Assembly: GCA_002811645.1 (NCBI GenBank)
Contig: PDIP01000122.1
Span: 183,962-247,961 of the forward strand
Direction: 5' to 3'
Length of the DNA: 64,000 nt
From: Corallochytrium limacisporum Hawaii
Lineage: Eukaryota > Protista > Pluriformea
In this document: positions 39,701 through 48,973 of the stretch, one piece after another
How positions within the stretch are numbered: the first letter of the stretch is position 1
Layout: every line of letters starts with the position of its first letter
Made by a program: the position numbers and the translations under genes
The notes under the pieces: model-generated
Seen by the model: the letters and a program-made list of their open reading frames with translations, nothing else
Told to the model about the DNA's origin: nothing
Database searches by the model: none

Positions 39701-42700
39701 ATGTCAATCACCAAGGCAAAGTTGACCGGTGTTGATCCCAATTTAGAGAGAACGATCATGATGTGGTTGATGAAGTGTTCGCGATGGGGCCTGAATAGCT
39801 CTGAGTGGCTACAAATAACGGTCCAGACATTCATGATAGAAGCAAACGCATGGGCCTCAGTGCGGAGCAGGTTGGTGAGGGTTGCTACCCACCATGGTGC
39901 CGGAGAGTTGACATCTTCGTCATCATTGATGCCATGCTCCTGTTCTTCTGTCGGTGGATCATGTTCATTTTTCGCCAAGTACGGAAGCAAAAGGTCAATG
40001 CACTGACGGGTTAAGGCACGAGTTTCCGCACCGTTGGCAGTGACTAGACTTTCCCAAGTGGAATGCAGTATCTCTTTACCCACGGGGGCCAGTTTGACCA
40101 ATGAGCAGACCAGAAGGTTGCCACTGTGCACAATAATGAGGTCTTTGGACTTGGCGGATGCTTGTGCAAACTGGGCCAGTCTAGGCACTGCTCTCCGAAG
40201 GGCATTCTCATGGTTTTGTACTAGGACTATAGAGAGTTGCAAAAGGTCCAAGTGACACTCCTCAAGTAGGTGGGAAGCTTCGCTGTTTGTGGTGATGTCC
40301 ACAAGGAAGGACACAAAAAGGTCCAGCAAGCCAGCGTCGAAGATCGCCACCTTACGATCATCCTGATGATGAACGCTGAGAATTAGTGGTAGAATGAAGC
40401 AGCGGAGCAGCTGACGGTGATCGTTCGGCTGAAGTGCGTCCGTGAAGATGTACGACGTCACATAATTCTCCAGCAACCCCTTGACGTTTTCCACTGGCAT
40501 GTCTGTGGCAATATACTCGTGGGCCAGCTTGATCACCAGGGAGTCGTCCATCACCTTGGAATGGATGAAAGTGGATGCATACCGCATGACCAGAACTGTG
40601 TTCGAAGGATCAGCCTTAATGCGCTGGATGCACACCTTCTGGAGTTTCCTCAACAGCTCCATGCTAATGTTGATGATAGCTCTTTGATCTTGCAAATAAT
40701 CAAAAGCATCCAACAATGCTAAGGTCACAGAGTCGTCACTGAGCATACCAGAGGGTAGTGCCTTCGCTGCACAGCACACCACTTCGATTCCAATTTGAAT
40801 GCTGCGTGGAGTTGCCTCCGGGGACGCAATATTCAGGTAGGTTTGCAGCAGTCGGTGCCGTTGCTGACCCATCTGCTTACCCAATGGCTCGTCGTCCTTC
40901 TGCAATTCCAGAATACCAAGCACCAGCTCAAGTGCATGCTGGTCGGTAGGTACACCACTCACCAGAAAGTCAAATGCTTTCACAGGATGCAGATTTAAGT
41001 ATTTGCTCAATTCAGGGCGGATTGGGCTGTTGCCATTAATTCCCAGGTAGCGCTCGTACGTGATAGTATGCGCAAATAGAGGTTCAGTGTAGTCCTTGTC
41101 CTGTCCAATGGGAAGATCCTGGAACAGAGATACCAATGCTGCAGGTACATAGAAAACATCCGGACGATTTTGGAGCCTCTGGATAGGACCACCACCAGCA
41201 GCGCCATAGGATACCTGGTATTCCAAGTGGTTCGCATACTCACCCATCAACTTCTGGATGCTGTCAGCTAAGGTCTCGTTGAACTGAGATCGCAAGACCT
41301 TAAGAATTCTCTGCAGAATCTTTACCGCATTCATACCACAGCGGGTCACATCAATGACCGCGCCAAGAACCGGTTTGATGCTGAGGTTTATCTGTTCTTG
41401 AGTAATGGCTTCCTTGGACACCAAGGTCTGAAGTGCTAAGGAGGCTGTTTCGTTTACCGCCTTATCCGGCATACGAATACCGTTGAACAGAATCTCAACA
41501 ACCTTCTGCTGTTCCCTTTCTGGTATAGAGGCAGCATACTCCGGACGTTTGATCGCCTCTCCTAGCAGGTTGATGCCAGCTGCCTTCAACACAGAAAAAT
41601 CCTTCGTGTTCTTGTACGTACGATCCTGCTGCAGTCCTTGATCACTGACATTGCAAACAGCCATTACATCGATGAGAATGCGCTTCACGTCATCATTAAA
41701 GGCAACCACAGGCTGCGGTTCCATCAATTGCAATGCAAACGTGAGGAAGCTGAAGCAACCAATTTGGGCCTCCACCGGCATGGTGCGCAAGTAACGTGGA
41801 ATGAGGTTGCTGATTTTCTCATCAGCCACAATGACACCCAAGTCACATTCAAACCATGATGCTAGGTCACGCAGTGCTTGTTGAACGTGGTCTCGGATCC
41901 TGTCCACGGGATGAATGAGCTCCGCCCGCAGAAGCTTGAGGAGGTCTCGAATAACAGACTTGCCGGCAAACTCCTTAGTGTCCAACATTCGCTGGAGTTG
42001 ACGACCTTGCTCTGCAGTGACAGCTGCATTCACAGCAGGTTCCGACCTATTGACAGCGCTGCTGGACCGATGGGGCATCAGCCCGGCGGCCGCACTGTCC
42101 CTCCTAGGCGTTCCGGCCGGCGTCACAGTCTTCTCTTCTGCAGTGGATTCCGCCTTCTTTTCAGGAGCCTCTCCTCCCTCCGTGCTGGCTTTCTCCTCTT
42201 CAGATTTTTGTTCTGGTGCCTCTTCCTTCTTTTCCACAGCAGTCGAGTCCATCTTGTCAGTGGTGGTGTCATCTGCAGCGGTGTTGTCCACTTCCATGTC
42301 GGTCGTGGGTGGCTCAACTGTTGTGACATCCTTGTTACACTTCTCGAGGATAACCCGGAAGCATTTATGAGCAACGTCCATACACTTTTGCGGAAACGGC
42401 AACTTCACCTCCTTCTGCACAAAGAGCAACGCACGCATGTTGTCGACCTCATGGTTGACCACCCACTCCAGAGGCAGTGTCTCAACCATCCATAGCAGAC
42501 CACGTGCAGCACCCTCTCGCTCGGTCCAATGTTCACTATAGCAAGCTGCTCGGAACTGGTCAACCAGTCGGCTGTAGACTACCAAATCTGACCACCATGT
42601 CTCATCCTTGTCAGCCCCAATTATAGCAATTAACCGCTCGTGATACTTGCTGATTGTGTTCAGAGCTAATGTACGTATCTCCGCTTCTGGATGTCCAGTC

Positions 42701-45700
42701 AATTCGACGAGGGCATCAGAGCAGGCCCATGGGTTCATATGGCCAAGAGCAATATCGTCTACGTCAGGTACAGTTTCGTCCGCAGTTTTCGTATCGTTGT
42801 CCACGTCCATCGTATTATCTTCATCTTGCTCAGCGTTTTCCGCAGGTTTTCCAGAGTCAACCACCGTTGGCTTCGAGTTCGGCACTAAGAGTCCCAAGAG
42901 AACGTAGCGATCAATAACTTGCTCCAGTATCTTTTCCGCACGTTTCCGGATACCGGCATGCTTCATTGCGAACAATAAAGTCTGGATCGCCTTGATTGCA
43001 TTCTTTTCGACCTTTTCATTGCACTCTGCATCATCCCCGTTTAGCTTGCTGCCCATCTGGGTCGCTCTGTGCATGGCCACAGACCAATCCTTGGCATCAC
43101 GCACAGTAATGTCAGCTGAAGGCACTTGGAGGCTTTCGCTGGTGGGTTCTAGAGGGTTGGGAATGACTCCAGCTGCAACCAGCACATGGACTGCGACTGA
43201 GAGCGCAGATTCGTAGTAGTCTTTAGCCGGAACATCTTCCACAGTGCGATACGGACTGATTGGACTGTGACGCAACAGTGAGGTCGTGTCATTCATCCGC
43301 ACGGCAGCGTCCGGGTTCATGTTGCAAATGATGGCATATGCAGCCTCCAATGCGGAGTCCAGACCCAGGTTGAAGTGACCATCACCAACCCTCATCTCGA
43401 CAACAGAGCCTGTGATGAGTTTCGTCTTGCCATAGACGATAGCATCATTGGAACTCTCATCTTCATAGATTGATGCGCCATGATTGTTAGGTACATTGTG
43501 CTGCATCAATTCACGGCTTCGACCACCAAGTTTCCCCAGGATGCGCACTGCCTGCGCTCCGTGGTGCCCTCCTGTGATTGTTGGTTCCATGAGACGCCAA
43601 AGGGCTTCCGTGATCTCAATTCTCATGGGCAACATCTTGGGATCCAGGTAGTTGCTGCTCAAATTGTCCACACACAATTCAAGAGTGCGCAAACCCTGGC
43701 CGACCAGATCTCCCGTTGAGTTTAGGGCATTGACAAGGGGCTTCATGAGAAGATGTAAGAATGGCAGCAGAGCACTCAATCGAACTGGAATGGTCAAGCA
43801 TAACTCAACGAACAAGTCACGCATCTGCTTGTCGTGAAATGTGTCGTAGAGATTGTTCAGTCCCTCCAAAATATTTGGCAGAAGAGGCAGGAAGTCCTGG
43901 TACAGCCGATCAAACTTTCCATTGGACAAAGCCCTGAACAAGGCTCGCAATAGTAGGAAATACTTAATCGGGTCCATTGCACTCGAAGCCATCTCCATAC
44001 TATTCATCACAATCTGCTTCAACTTTGGTTGGAGCACCACCTCGTTCTCCTTCGGGAACAAAGATACACTACCGAAAACCAACTTAAATAGTCGCAGGAT
44101 CACATTGCTGTGCTGGATATTCGCTCCACCCAGGGCAGGCATCTGCTCAACCAATACATCCAAGAGAATAGTGGCGAAATATTTCGATGTAGCTCTTGTT
44201 GCAAGATAGTGCTGCGGAATGCTTACTAGCAACGGATTTGCCAGGATATGTTGGAACAGCTGCGGCATGCAGATGTCAAAAATCTCCCTGTAAGCATCGA
44301 TGTCAATGTACTGCAGCGTAAAAATGTTGGAGAAAGAATCAAAGATTTCCCGTTCTTCTTTGCTGCTTGTTGCGTTACCAGCCTCGGCATTTGATGTCTT
44401 GCTCGTGGGACTGAAGATGTGGAAGCAAGGTGGCGTGTTCAAGAGGGCAGTGATCAACATATGAATCTCCCGACGATGTGGCTGACGCCCAGCAACCTGC
44501 TTAAAGCGATTCAGGCACTGGAGAATCTTTTTGATTGCTCCGATCAGATCCTGGATATGGTTCTGAATGTCCTTTCTTCGCAAGTCATACCTGTATGCCT
44601 GGCTGGTAACCTTGATTGGTAAGTCACCTGCATAGCTGAAGAAGTCACTGCCTGAGTCGTCTGCCTCCTTGTCCAATTTGCTGTTTGAACCCTCTTCAGT
44701 TACTGCACCAGTTGTGATTTTAGCCTTTTTCTTAGGATGCAACTCATGGTTCCCTTCCTTATCTCCACTTGTATCGCCGTCGTCTTTTACGTACGGAATG
44801 ATCATCCGCATGCGAGCCAGCTTGCCAGTGAGAATATCAAGAAGCCAAACCAGGATCTCCGGGCGCTCACTTCCTGTGTCTTTGGCAATGACCTCCACCA
44901 TACTCATGAGCAGTCGGCAGGCCAGTGTCTGTATACTGATCTGCAATGTATGGTCAAAAATGTATTTGCCATACATCCGCACGACTCGAACAACCTGGGC
45001 CATACTCAACTGATCACGCACGTGATGCAACAGATCGGCCAAAACTTGAAGAGCCAGCGGCCGCAACTGGGCATGAACTGTGTGGCCCTTCCCCAGCAAG
45101 ATTCTCTCGTCCATCAAGTTGTCAATCACAGCAGCAAAACTCTTTGTGTGGCCTAATGGAGTCGTTAGTTGCAGAATGGATTTCAAAGCACCAAAGATTT
45201 CCTTTCGCAGATTGCTGTTGTATCTTCCACAGCCTTCAAGCATCTGTACGACTAGGCGCGGCACTATATCTTTGTAGTGACCATAGATGGTGCTATCAAA
45301 GCGAAGGATCCATGCAAGGAAGGTAAGGAGTTTGATGCGGAGGGCCAAAAAGTTCTTCGACAATTCGCGATACTCCTCCTCTGTATCCTTGGACGCGTCT
45401 GCCGGACGCGGCGGAGTTTCCGTTCGCATTGCGTCAACTACCATTGGCGCAAACCGCTGGGCTTGTGCTTTGGATATGTCTGCTTTCTGAAGTTGAAGCA
45501 GAAGAATCACAACCAATGGTGCCTCAAGCAAAAATTCAAAACTCTCCTTCGAATTACGAAGTTTTCCATTCAGTTGCCCAACAGATGCAAATATTGAGGG
45601 CACTGTTTTCCTGAAACTCTGCAAAAGCGTCAAAATGAAATCGAGAAACTCGTTTGCAATGTTTTGACAAGAAGTTGGTCTCAAGGTCTTGAAAATATCC

Positions 45701-46815
45701 CGCAGTAAGAAGAGACATAGCAGTGCATTCTTGTCATTCTCGTTCTTCATACCTTCCATGCCCATCGTCAACAGTGTCTGTGCATTGTTCTTCAGTACAT
45801 CTGTCAAAGGCAGACAGCTGAGCAGGTCGTACCCAGCACGACGAACTTTGTACTCGATCGCCTCAGGATCATTGCTTTGCGGTACTGTCTGCAAGAGGTT
45901 TCCAATCTCAGGGATTATTACTTTCAAGAAGGTGGGGTATTCGTGGTTTGCAAGTTCATTCAGGTACCTGCTTAGTTCGCTCAGAATGTCCAAACACTTG
46001 CCGAACTCCTTGGCTTCCAGAGCAGCGTGCAAGATCGCTACTCGTTCAGAATGCGGATTCTGGGGTTCAGACTCGGCTTTCTCCTCAACTGTGGTGCCAT
46101 CTGCACCTTTCTCTCCTGTCGGTTTCTCACCCTCCGCAGTCTTCTCAGCAACAGCGGATTTGTCAGCATCTGTTGGCTTATCAGTATCCACCGGTTTCTC
46201 TACATCTACAGATTTCTCTGCATCTACCGGTTTCTCTGCATCTGCTGATTTCTCAGCATTTGCTGGTACCTCAGCACCTGACTGTTTCTCAGCATCTTCC
46301 TGTTTCTGGGAATCTGCCTGCTTCTGAGCATCTGCCGCTTCGTCACCAGCTTCAGCATCTGCAGGCTTCTCAGCATCCGCAGCCTTCTCAGCATCCGCAG
46401 CCTTCTCAGCATCCGCAGGCTTCTCAGCATCCGCAGCCTTCTCAGCATCCGCAGGTTGTTCAGCCTCATCAGATTTCTCATTGTTTTCAGGTTCTTCAGT
46501 TTTCGCGGCTTCTTGAGGCTGCTCAGCCACTTCAGGTTGCTCAGCCTCACCAGGTTGCTCAGGCTCTTCAGATTGCTCCGCCTCATTGGATTTCTCGGCC
46601 TCCTCAGGTTTCTCTTCGTCCACGGCCATCTTCGCCTCTGCAGGCTTTACGTCATCCGCAGGCTCTCCTGTTGCGTCTGCACCGGCTGATGCGTCGCCTG
46701 TCGCTGTAGCAGTGGTTTCCTCAGTGACCATCTGTTCCTCCTGTTCCTGTGTCACAACTTCGGACTCCTTGTCCGGATCCGGTTTCGGACCATCGTTCTG
46801 CATGTGGTCCGCCAT
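33787..46815 (-). CDS. TRRAP: Transformation/transcription domain-associated protein (TRRAP/Tra1), PIKK pseudokinase
   Basis: 4342 aa. LRPLA..LADLLHHVR, LRLFKLVFGSV, YFLLLRALFR, LFVELCLTIPVRLSALLP, QGLRTLELCVDN, FAT (WRERLPNKWDD), degenerate PI3K-like domain, VPFRLTPN, and FATC ending LACMHPTWYPWL. Confidence 0.97.
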   Translation of the reverse strand: MADHMQNDGPKPDPDKESEVVTQEQEEQMVTEETTATATGDASAGADATGEPADDVKPAEAKMAVDEEKPEEAEKSNEAEQSEEPEQPGEAEQPEVAEQPQEAAKTEEPENNEKSDEAEQPADAEKAADAEKPADAEKAADAEKAADAEKPADAEAGDEAADAQKQADSQKQEDAEKQSGAEVPANAEKSADAEKPVDAEKSVDVEKPVDTDKPTDADKSAVAEKTAEGEKPTGEKGADGTTVEEKAESEPQNPHSERVAILHAALEAKEFGKCLDILSELSRYLNELANHEYPTFLKVIIPEIGNLLQTVPQSNDPEAIEYKVRRAGYDLLSCLPLTDVLKNNAQTLLTMGMEGMKNENDKNALLCLFLLRDIFKTLRPTSCQNIANEFLDFILTLLQSFRKTVPSIFASVGQLNGKLRNSKESFEFLLEAPLVVILLLQLQKADISKAQAQRFAPMVVDAMRTETPPRPADASKDTEEEYRELSKNFLALRIKLLTFLAWILRFDSTIYGHYKDIVPRLVVQMLEGCGRYNSNLRKEIFGALKSILQLTTPLGHTKSFAAVIDNLMDERILLGKGHTVHAQLRPLALQVLADLLHHVRDQLSMAQVVRVVRMYGKYIFDHTLQISIQTLACRLLMSMVEVIAKDTGSERPEILVWLLDILTGKLARMRMIIPYVKDDGDTSGDKEGNHELHPKKKAKITTGAVTEEGSNSKLDKEADDSGSDFFSYAGDLPIKVTSQAYRYDLRRKDIQNHIQDLIGAIKKILQCLNRFKQVAGRQPHRREIHMLITALLNTPPCFHIFSPTSKTSNAEAGNATSSKEEREIFDSFSNIFTLQYIDIDAYREIFDICMPQLFQHILANPLLVSIPQHYLATRATSKYFATILLDVLVEQMPALGGANIQHSNVILRLFKLVFGSVSLFPKENEVVLQPKLKQIVMNSMEMASSAMDPIKYFLLLRALFRALSNGKFDRLYQDFLPLLPNILEGLNNLYDTFHDKQMRDLFVELCLTIPVRLSALLPFLHLLMKPLVNALNSTGDLVGQGLRTLELCVDNLSSNYLDPKMLPMRIEITEALWRLMEPTITGGHHGAQAVRILGKLGGRSRELMQHNVPNNHGASIYEDESSNDAIVYGKTKLITGSVVEMRVGDGHFNLGLDSALEAAYAIICNMNPDAAVRMNDTTSLLRHSPISPYRTVEDVPAKDYYESALSVAVHVLVAAGVIPNPLEPTSESLQVPSADITVRDAKDWSVAMHRATQMGSKLNGDDAECNEKVEKNAIKAIQTLLFAMKHAGIRKRAEKILEQVIDRYVLLGLLVPNSKPTVVDSGKPAENAEQDEDNTMDVDNDTKTADETVPDVDDIALGHMNPWACSDALVELTGHPEAEIRTLALNTISKYHERLIAIIGADKDETWWSDLVVYSRLVDQFRAACYSEHWTEREGAARGLLWMVETLPLEWVVNHEVDNMRALLFVQKEVKLPFPQKCMDVAHKCFRVILEKCNKDVTTVEPPTTDMEVDNTAADDTTTDKMDSTAVEKKEEAPEQKSEEEKASTEGGEAPEKKAESTAEEKTVTPAGTPRRDSAAAGLMPHRSSSAVNRSEPAVNAAVTAEQGRQLQRMLDTKEFAGKSVIRDLLKLLRAELIHPVDRIRDHVQQALRDLASWFECDLGVIVADEKISNLIPRYLRTMPVEAQIGCFSFLTFALQLMEPQPVVAFNDDVKRILIDVMAVCNVSDQGLQQDRTYKNTKDFSVLKAAGINLLGEAIKRPEYAASIPEREQQKVVEILFNGIRMPDKAVNETASLALQTLVSKEAITQEQINLSIKPVLGAVIDVTRCGMNAVKILQRILKVLRSQFNETLADSIQKLMGEYANHLEYQVSYGAAGGGPIQRLQNRPDVFYVPAALVSLFQDLPIGQDKDYTEPLFAHTITYERYLGINGNSPIRPELSKYLNLHPVKAFDFLVSGVPTDQHALELVLGILELQKDDEPLGKQMGQQRHRLLQTYLNIASPEATPRSIQIGIEVVCCAAKALPSGMLSDDSVTLALLDAFDYLQDQRAIINISMELLRKLQKVCIQRIKADPSNTVLVMRYASTFIHSKVMDDSLVIKLAHEYIATDMPVENVKGLLENYVTSYIFTDALQPNDHRQLLRCFILPLILSVHHQDDRKVAIFDAGLLDLFVSFLVDITTNSEASHLLEECHLDLLQLSIVLVQNHENALRRAVPRLAQFAQASAKSKDLIIVHSGNLLVCSLVKLAPVGKEILHSTWESLVTANGAETRALTRQCIDLLLPYLAKNEHDPPTEEQEHGINDDEDVNSPAPWWVATLTNLLRTEAHAFASIMNVWTVICSHSELFRPHREHFINHIMIVLSKLGSTPVNFALVIDIGKVLLSWDDRATAEDDKDGTRVGDKRPAEQEKPSPKKAKTETDDSVDAMDADEDAEEVDDKNNTHGQNGKPGRRITKAMVEMIINSLIRIACQTTDSANVDECTSVISRLLAPDRWPEASVRISLFQYMFGSSQVNQRTLVSALKVLIAILSVVPKRRGWTIWRAIAIHVPKCLKMQSEAVMKALGDLIDVVHKFEAHSSTPDPTSDAFHGSFKTFIGQCLEKYSAGMLSQENAPADAAQAQKADNGARLIACVTVLLKRIQINNPALVRGRLQVMHNVLQQCMKDSKEESRLSPEGKALALRNAEAVIDIVAPYMLESDTNWSVFAQTLNTILETKRHAGCLQAIGRLLDRWLAGPAPRPVSALLVARMLEAFNGNVNQLIKKALALKQQKAAQKASDKAKTLPPNAQTPREDVIIDMHKLMSKISLHILKTKSLLSGPIIAALTTSFVNGLDSPVLNIREQFNLLYKQMVEDKVFSIVHYVFNEQNWDAAGATFWLSLALPVFFFKAKFNFERKTAYATFMKQIMENARENLDEEEELLRSEHTAGQVPPIQAGAVPPVSPLSFPVYSTHTHVPDVGKLASDTASESAPETERKSVKIPASLYQAATEEGSKALCQDLPTALSAMGYISHGVAANMWLELLPAIWHYLSGPQPETVDDKDDGKVKQEADSDCETAVVPKKTGSPTTKMEEDDDTVVDYAQIFVDDLCICLAQTHMSRHRLMRPSVPQVLLAAIRRCGPGLDMPAELIRFVGQQQNAWAESILILEDRYVRETTTGDKANMTMVLQKQKQTAQRTEDDFAELTTILNNLGYQDVVFGLWRRRTQSKETRVALALESHGLWNQALASYEKLLLRIRNANTISRVEMGLWEAHWAECMKQAIAWSELNDYAKQDHKPILQCDAAWRLGNWDVLRKNLQVLEHQLYFPQNLDLQIQRIYSKMKAPNAAVLRSNLEHIPKLVDDSIENALLSWHQLPGFITPRHKTMLHTYQRYVEISESHTILQHVGQIVAGGRAPMAELQSTLATWRERLPNKWDDLKVWDELFKWRRYVFDFINEAFEPLQSQQEGNHAFLGYHELAWTINRSAHIARKHGLIDACLEGLHNIYKLPNIEINDAFFKLREHALCYSNTTQELNTALSIINSTNLDYFPPLQRAEFFALKGYFLSRQKKYDKAQEAYSVSVQMYAESAKTWTSWGEFCELMYQNKGTIALAVNTMMCYLTAARFRDEAKGAQDLIARSLDLCNKAVGQGAMAAVAKLQQAEAKSGGSASKTGTPAGTPGAEGGETKSGSSGPPGHLLKPQQNEAHVVGEAFMAGAGHLPVSMWLPWVVQLMSAINGPAGPYMKNILKSVARHYPQALYFTARTTYLEMKNAQKTNGITPRPTAVAVVNEIMGDLRKVHPMIASLTETLIEAVIMKCKNTILEDLLRNLQVLLTECLQRSFSQAVKGMSMDAESHVPGQILAHLTKLHKTFLTNLPINLPKEQLETLERFKKMFEEDFIEEDAHKNLKFNDILLKLRRWRQMIQEQVNFAAHRLHLRDISRFLAEYQHSELLIPGEYMLNRNKMSESVYIVRFLPRVDVVQKHATAYRRLLIRGSDGRTYAYLVQHGTSSRHGRGEERFGQLFTFVNEILGRTTETRKRDLHLATPAMITLSPHTRLIASDPSMTSLEGVWIRRCANVGKEVNDDVMRCYEELCQGNEAKDNSEAASTAGGTATASGAAASGGSAATVPKAVKSAQTQQVHLHKRVELYRQIRKDHVPDTLMLHHVMQVHPSAQDFFQWRQSFVKNFMTASLMAYVLQIGHRNLHTVNFSMRTSDVYFSEVYQDIGRNGVLDSMDAVPFRLTPNLETMLGKHGLEGPGNIAMMSVANALNNPRRHFGPILRVIMHDDLLSWLQQPHIMQTKRDYESAKIPKLLDTNVETIMKRLTVLAVTIDQSESNTDKMLALTKNIDDLVAKAKAEQHLACMHPTWYPWL
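46352..46459 (-). repeat. Coding 18-bp tandem repeat (6 units, AEK[P/A]AD) in the TRRAP N-terminal extension
   Basis: Unit tcagcatccgcag[c/g]cttc. Degenerate copies extend over about 46090-46640. Confidence 0.9.
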
Positions 46816-47598
46816 GATTTTCTAAATAAATTTTACGACATTTTTAAAAATTAAAACATTCCTGTTCAATTCTAAATTACTCCTTTGTTCACAGTTCTAG
46901 ACCTTCACATATGGTCCTGATCATTCACTGCTGCATGTAGACGAGGGAACCCTTACTTGATTGAGCAACTGCTGTTTCGACCTTCAAATAAGTTTTTGTC
47001 ATCTAGGTGTCTTGCTGTCGTTGAATTTTATTCAACAGGAGCTGGAAGACGCATCGAAGCGTTGCGACTTGAAGTATACTTGAACCGAATCATGCCGAGT
47101 CCAGCGATCTCCAGTTTACACCGCAAACGGAGTCCAGTTTGGTCCCCCTCTCCTCCAGAGCTGCTTGTTAGTCTTTTATCTTCGCGCGGCAATTCTGTGA
47201 ACAAGAATTTTAAAGATGTCGGTATATATTATTTGCAGGTATTATACTAAATATATTGAATATTGAGTGCCAACTATGATATATGTATACATGTCAGTAT
47301 GTTTATTTTCTTTGCCATATGCATATCCCTCTCGAGCCAAGGTTTTGGCTTGTGTGATGGCCTTTTGCCCCTGCCGGTCCGATCCCCGTCTCCCTACCTT
47401 TGCTGCTACTGGCACCCAAAGGAGTAGCTTTGCTCCCTAGGCTTAGCCTGAACAACACTCACTATTCCATCGCGACACTAAACTTTCCGCGCCCTTGGGG
47501 GGGGGGAGGGGAGTGCAATAGAAAGGGGGAAGGTTGAGAAGGAATTGGCAATGCCGACAACCGACACTTGCGGTGTCCTGGAGGGGAAAGGGCACGTC

Positions 47599-48549
47599 CT
47601 ACGATCGGGTCACAGTGCTGCCGTTGACAGGGCGGTCATACTTTGCAACAACTTCGGCAGTGCTATCCATAAAGACATAACCTCGACGTCGCTTGCGGGA
47701 GCCCTTCTCGTCCGTTCCTTCATCGGCTTGAGGATGGGAAGAGGATTTGTTGTCGTTGACAACGCCGTCATCATCGGGCACTTCAGCCGTTCGTGTTCTG
47801 CCGTTTGGGCCGTGCGAATAGAAACCGTAGACCTTGGGCTTTCGGTCAACAGAGCCCTCAGATATCGATGACTTCCTCTCTGAAGCAGCACTTGACTGTG
47901 TTTGTGGGGCCAGCGGGATAGTTCCAGAGGGACGTGGAGAATTCGGTCCTCCTGTGCTTGCCGCAGGAGCCATCATTGGCCACCCATATGGAGGATATGG
48001 TGGTTGGAGGAGTGGACTTCTTGCATTTCCTGGATGAGGCATTATTCGCGCTCGGTCACCCATAAGATCCATCGGACTCGTAGCTGCCGATGATGGCGTG
48101 CCAGGAGTAGCGGGTGTACTTCCTGATGCTGCAGAAAAAAAGTGTCCTGCAACCGGAATACGAACTTTGTTTCCCGAGACTAGCTTTGGCTGAATAAGTC
48201 TTGGACTTCCCTTTGTTTGTGGGGCTGGCACTACCGAGGGTCTGCCTCGTTTGCGCTTCATTTGTGTGATTCCCGCGGCAATGGTAGGTACCGGGGCTGA
48301 TCTTGCCTGAGAGCTGGTCTTTTGTGTTGACACATCTTCTGTCTTACTGGGCGTAGCCTGTTCCTTCTCCTTCATTTTCGTAACACCTAGAAGAAAGAGT
48401 CTCCGGTGCCCTGGAACAATTTTCATTTCTTTAAGATCTTCTTCCTTGATCTCTCTCAAGGCCGTAAGACTGTCAAACCCGTTGTCTTCCAGGAGATTCT
48501 CATATTTCTCCAGACCATACTCCCGTAAGAAGTCTATCACTTTTTCCAT
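47599..48549 (-). CDS. SAM-domain protein with AT-hook and basic NLS-like motifs
   Basis: N-terminal SAM (V.DFL..YGLEKY..L..NGFD..L.E..LKEM.I..GHRR), KRKRGRPS AT-hook, low-complexity middle, RKRRR near the C-terminus. Confidence 0.85.
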   Translation of the reverse strand: MEKVIDFLREYGLEKYENLLEDNGFDSLTALREIKEEDLKEMKIVPGHRRLFLLGVTKMKEKEQATPSKTEDVSTQKTSSQARSAPVPTIAAGITQMKRKRGRPSVVPAPQTKGSPRLIQPKLVSGNKVRIPVAGHFFSAASGSTPATPGTPSSAATSPMDLMGDRARIMPHPGNARSPLLQPPYPPYGWPMMAPAASTGGPNSPRPSGTIPLAPQTQSSAASERKSSISEGSVDRKPKVYGFYSHGPNGRTRTAEVPDDDGVVNDNKSSSHPQADEGTDEKGSRKRRRGYVFMDSTAEVVAKYDRPVNGSTVTRS

Positions 48550-48934
48550 TATTTATGTATGGCCCAATGGCCATGAAACTCGAAAATTTCACCGATATGA
48601 CATAGCTCACAATGCAACCTCTTCGTAGGACCACTCAATGACTTCGACCCTTCCTCGCAGATTCAAATTTGATTTATGGCGAAACTACTTTCCGTGGTCG
48701 TGTGCCGTAAACTAGTTTGTATACCTTTGAAGAATGTGCCGAAAGCCATCTAGCCACTCAGAACGGCCCATATGACGGAGACCCGGCCGTGCTCACCCAA
48801 AGTGCATTCGACTGATGGACCCTTGTGCTGGCGCTACCAAAGTGCCTGGCACGAACTGCGTTTGCTAACCCGTCCCTACCTTTTTCCCTTTTGGAATCTG
48901 ACCAATTTCTTCCCCTTTACGACCCGACCTAGTA

Positions 48935-48973
48935 CTGATTGGTTTCTTTCGGCTATTCCCTACCACTGATTGG
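48935..48973 (-). promoter_or_regulatory. Tandem CCAAT (NF-Y-type) boxes
   Basis: CTGATTGG at 48935-48942 and 48966-48973 (31 bp apart), in the divergent SAM/P5CR intergenic region. Confidence 0.5.

Noticed and set aside
45689-46825. Several antisense and alternate-frame ORFs with repeats (QHPQPS, RMLRRL)
   Set aside because: By-products of the 18-bp TRRAP coding repeat.
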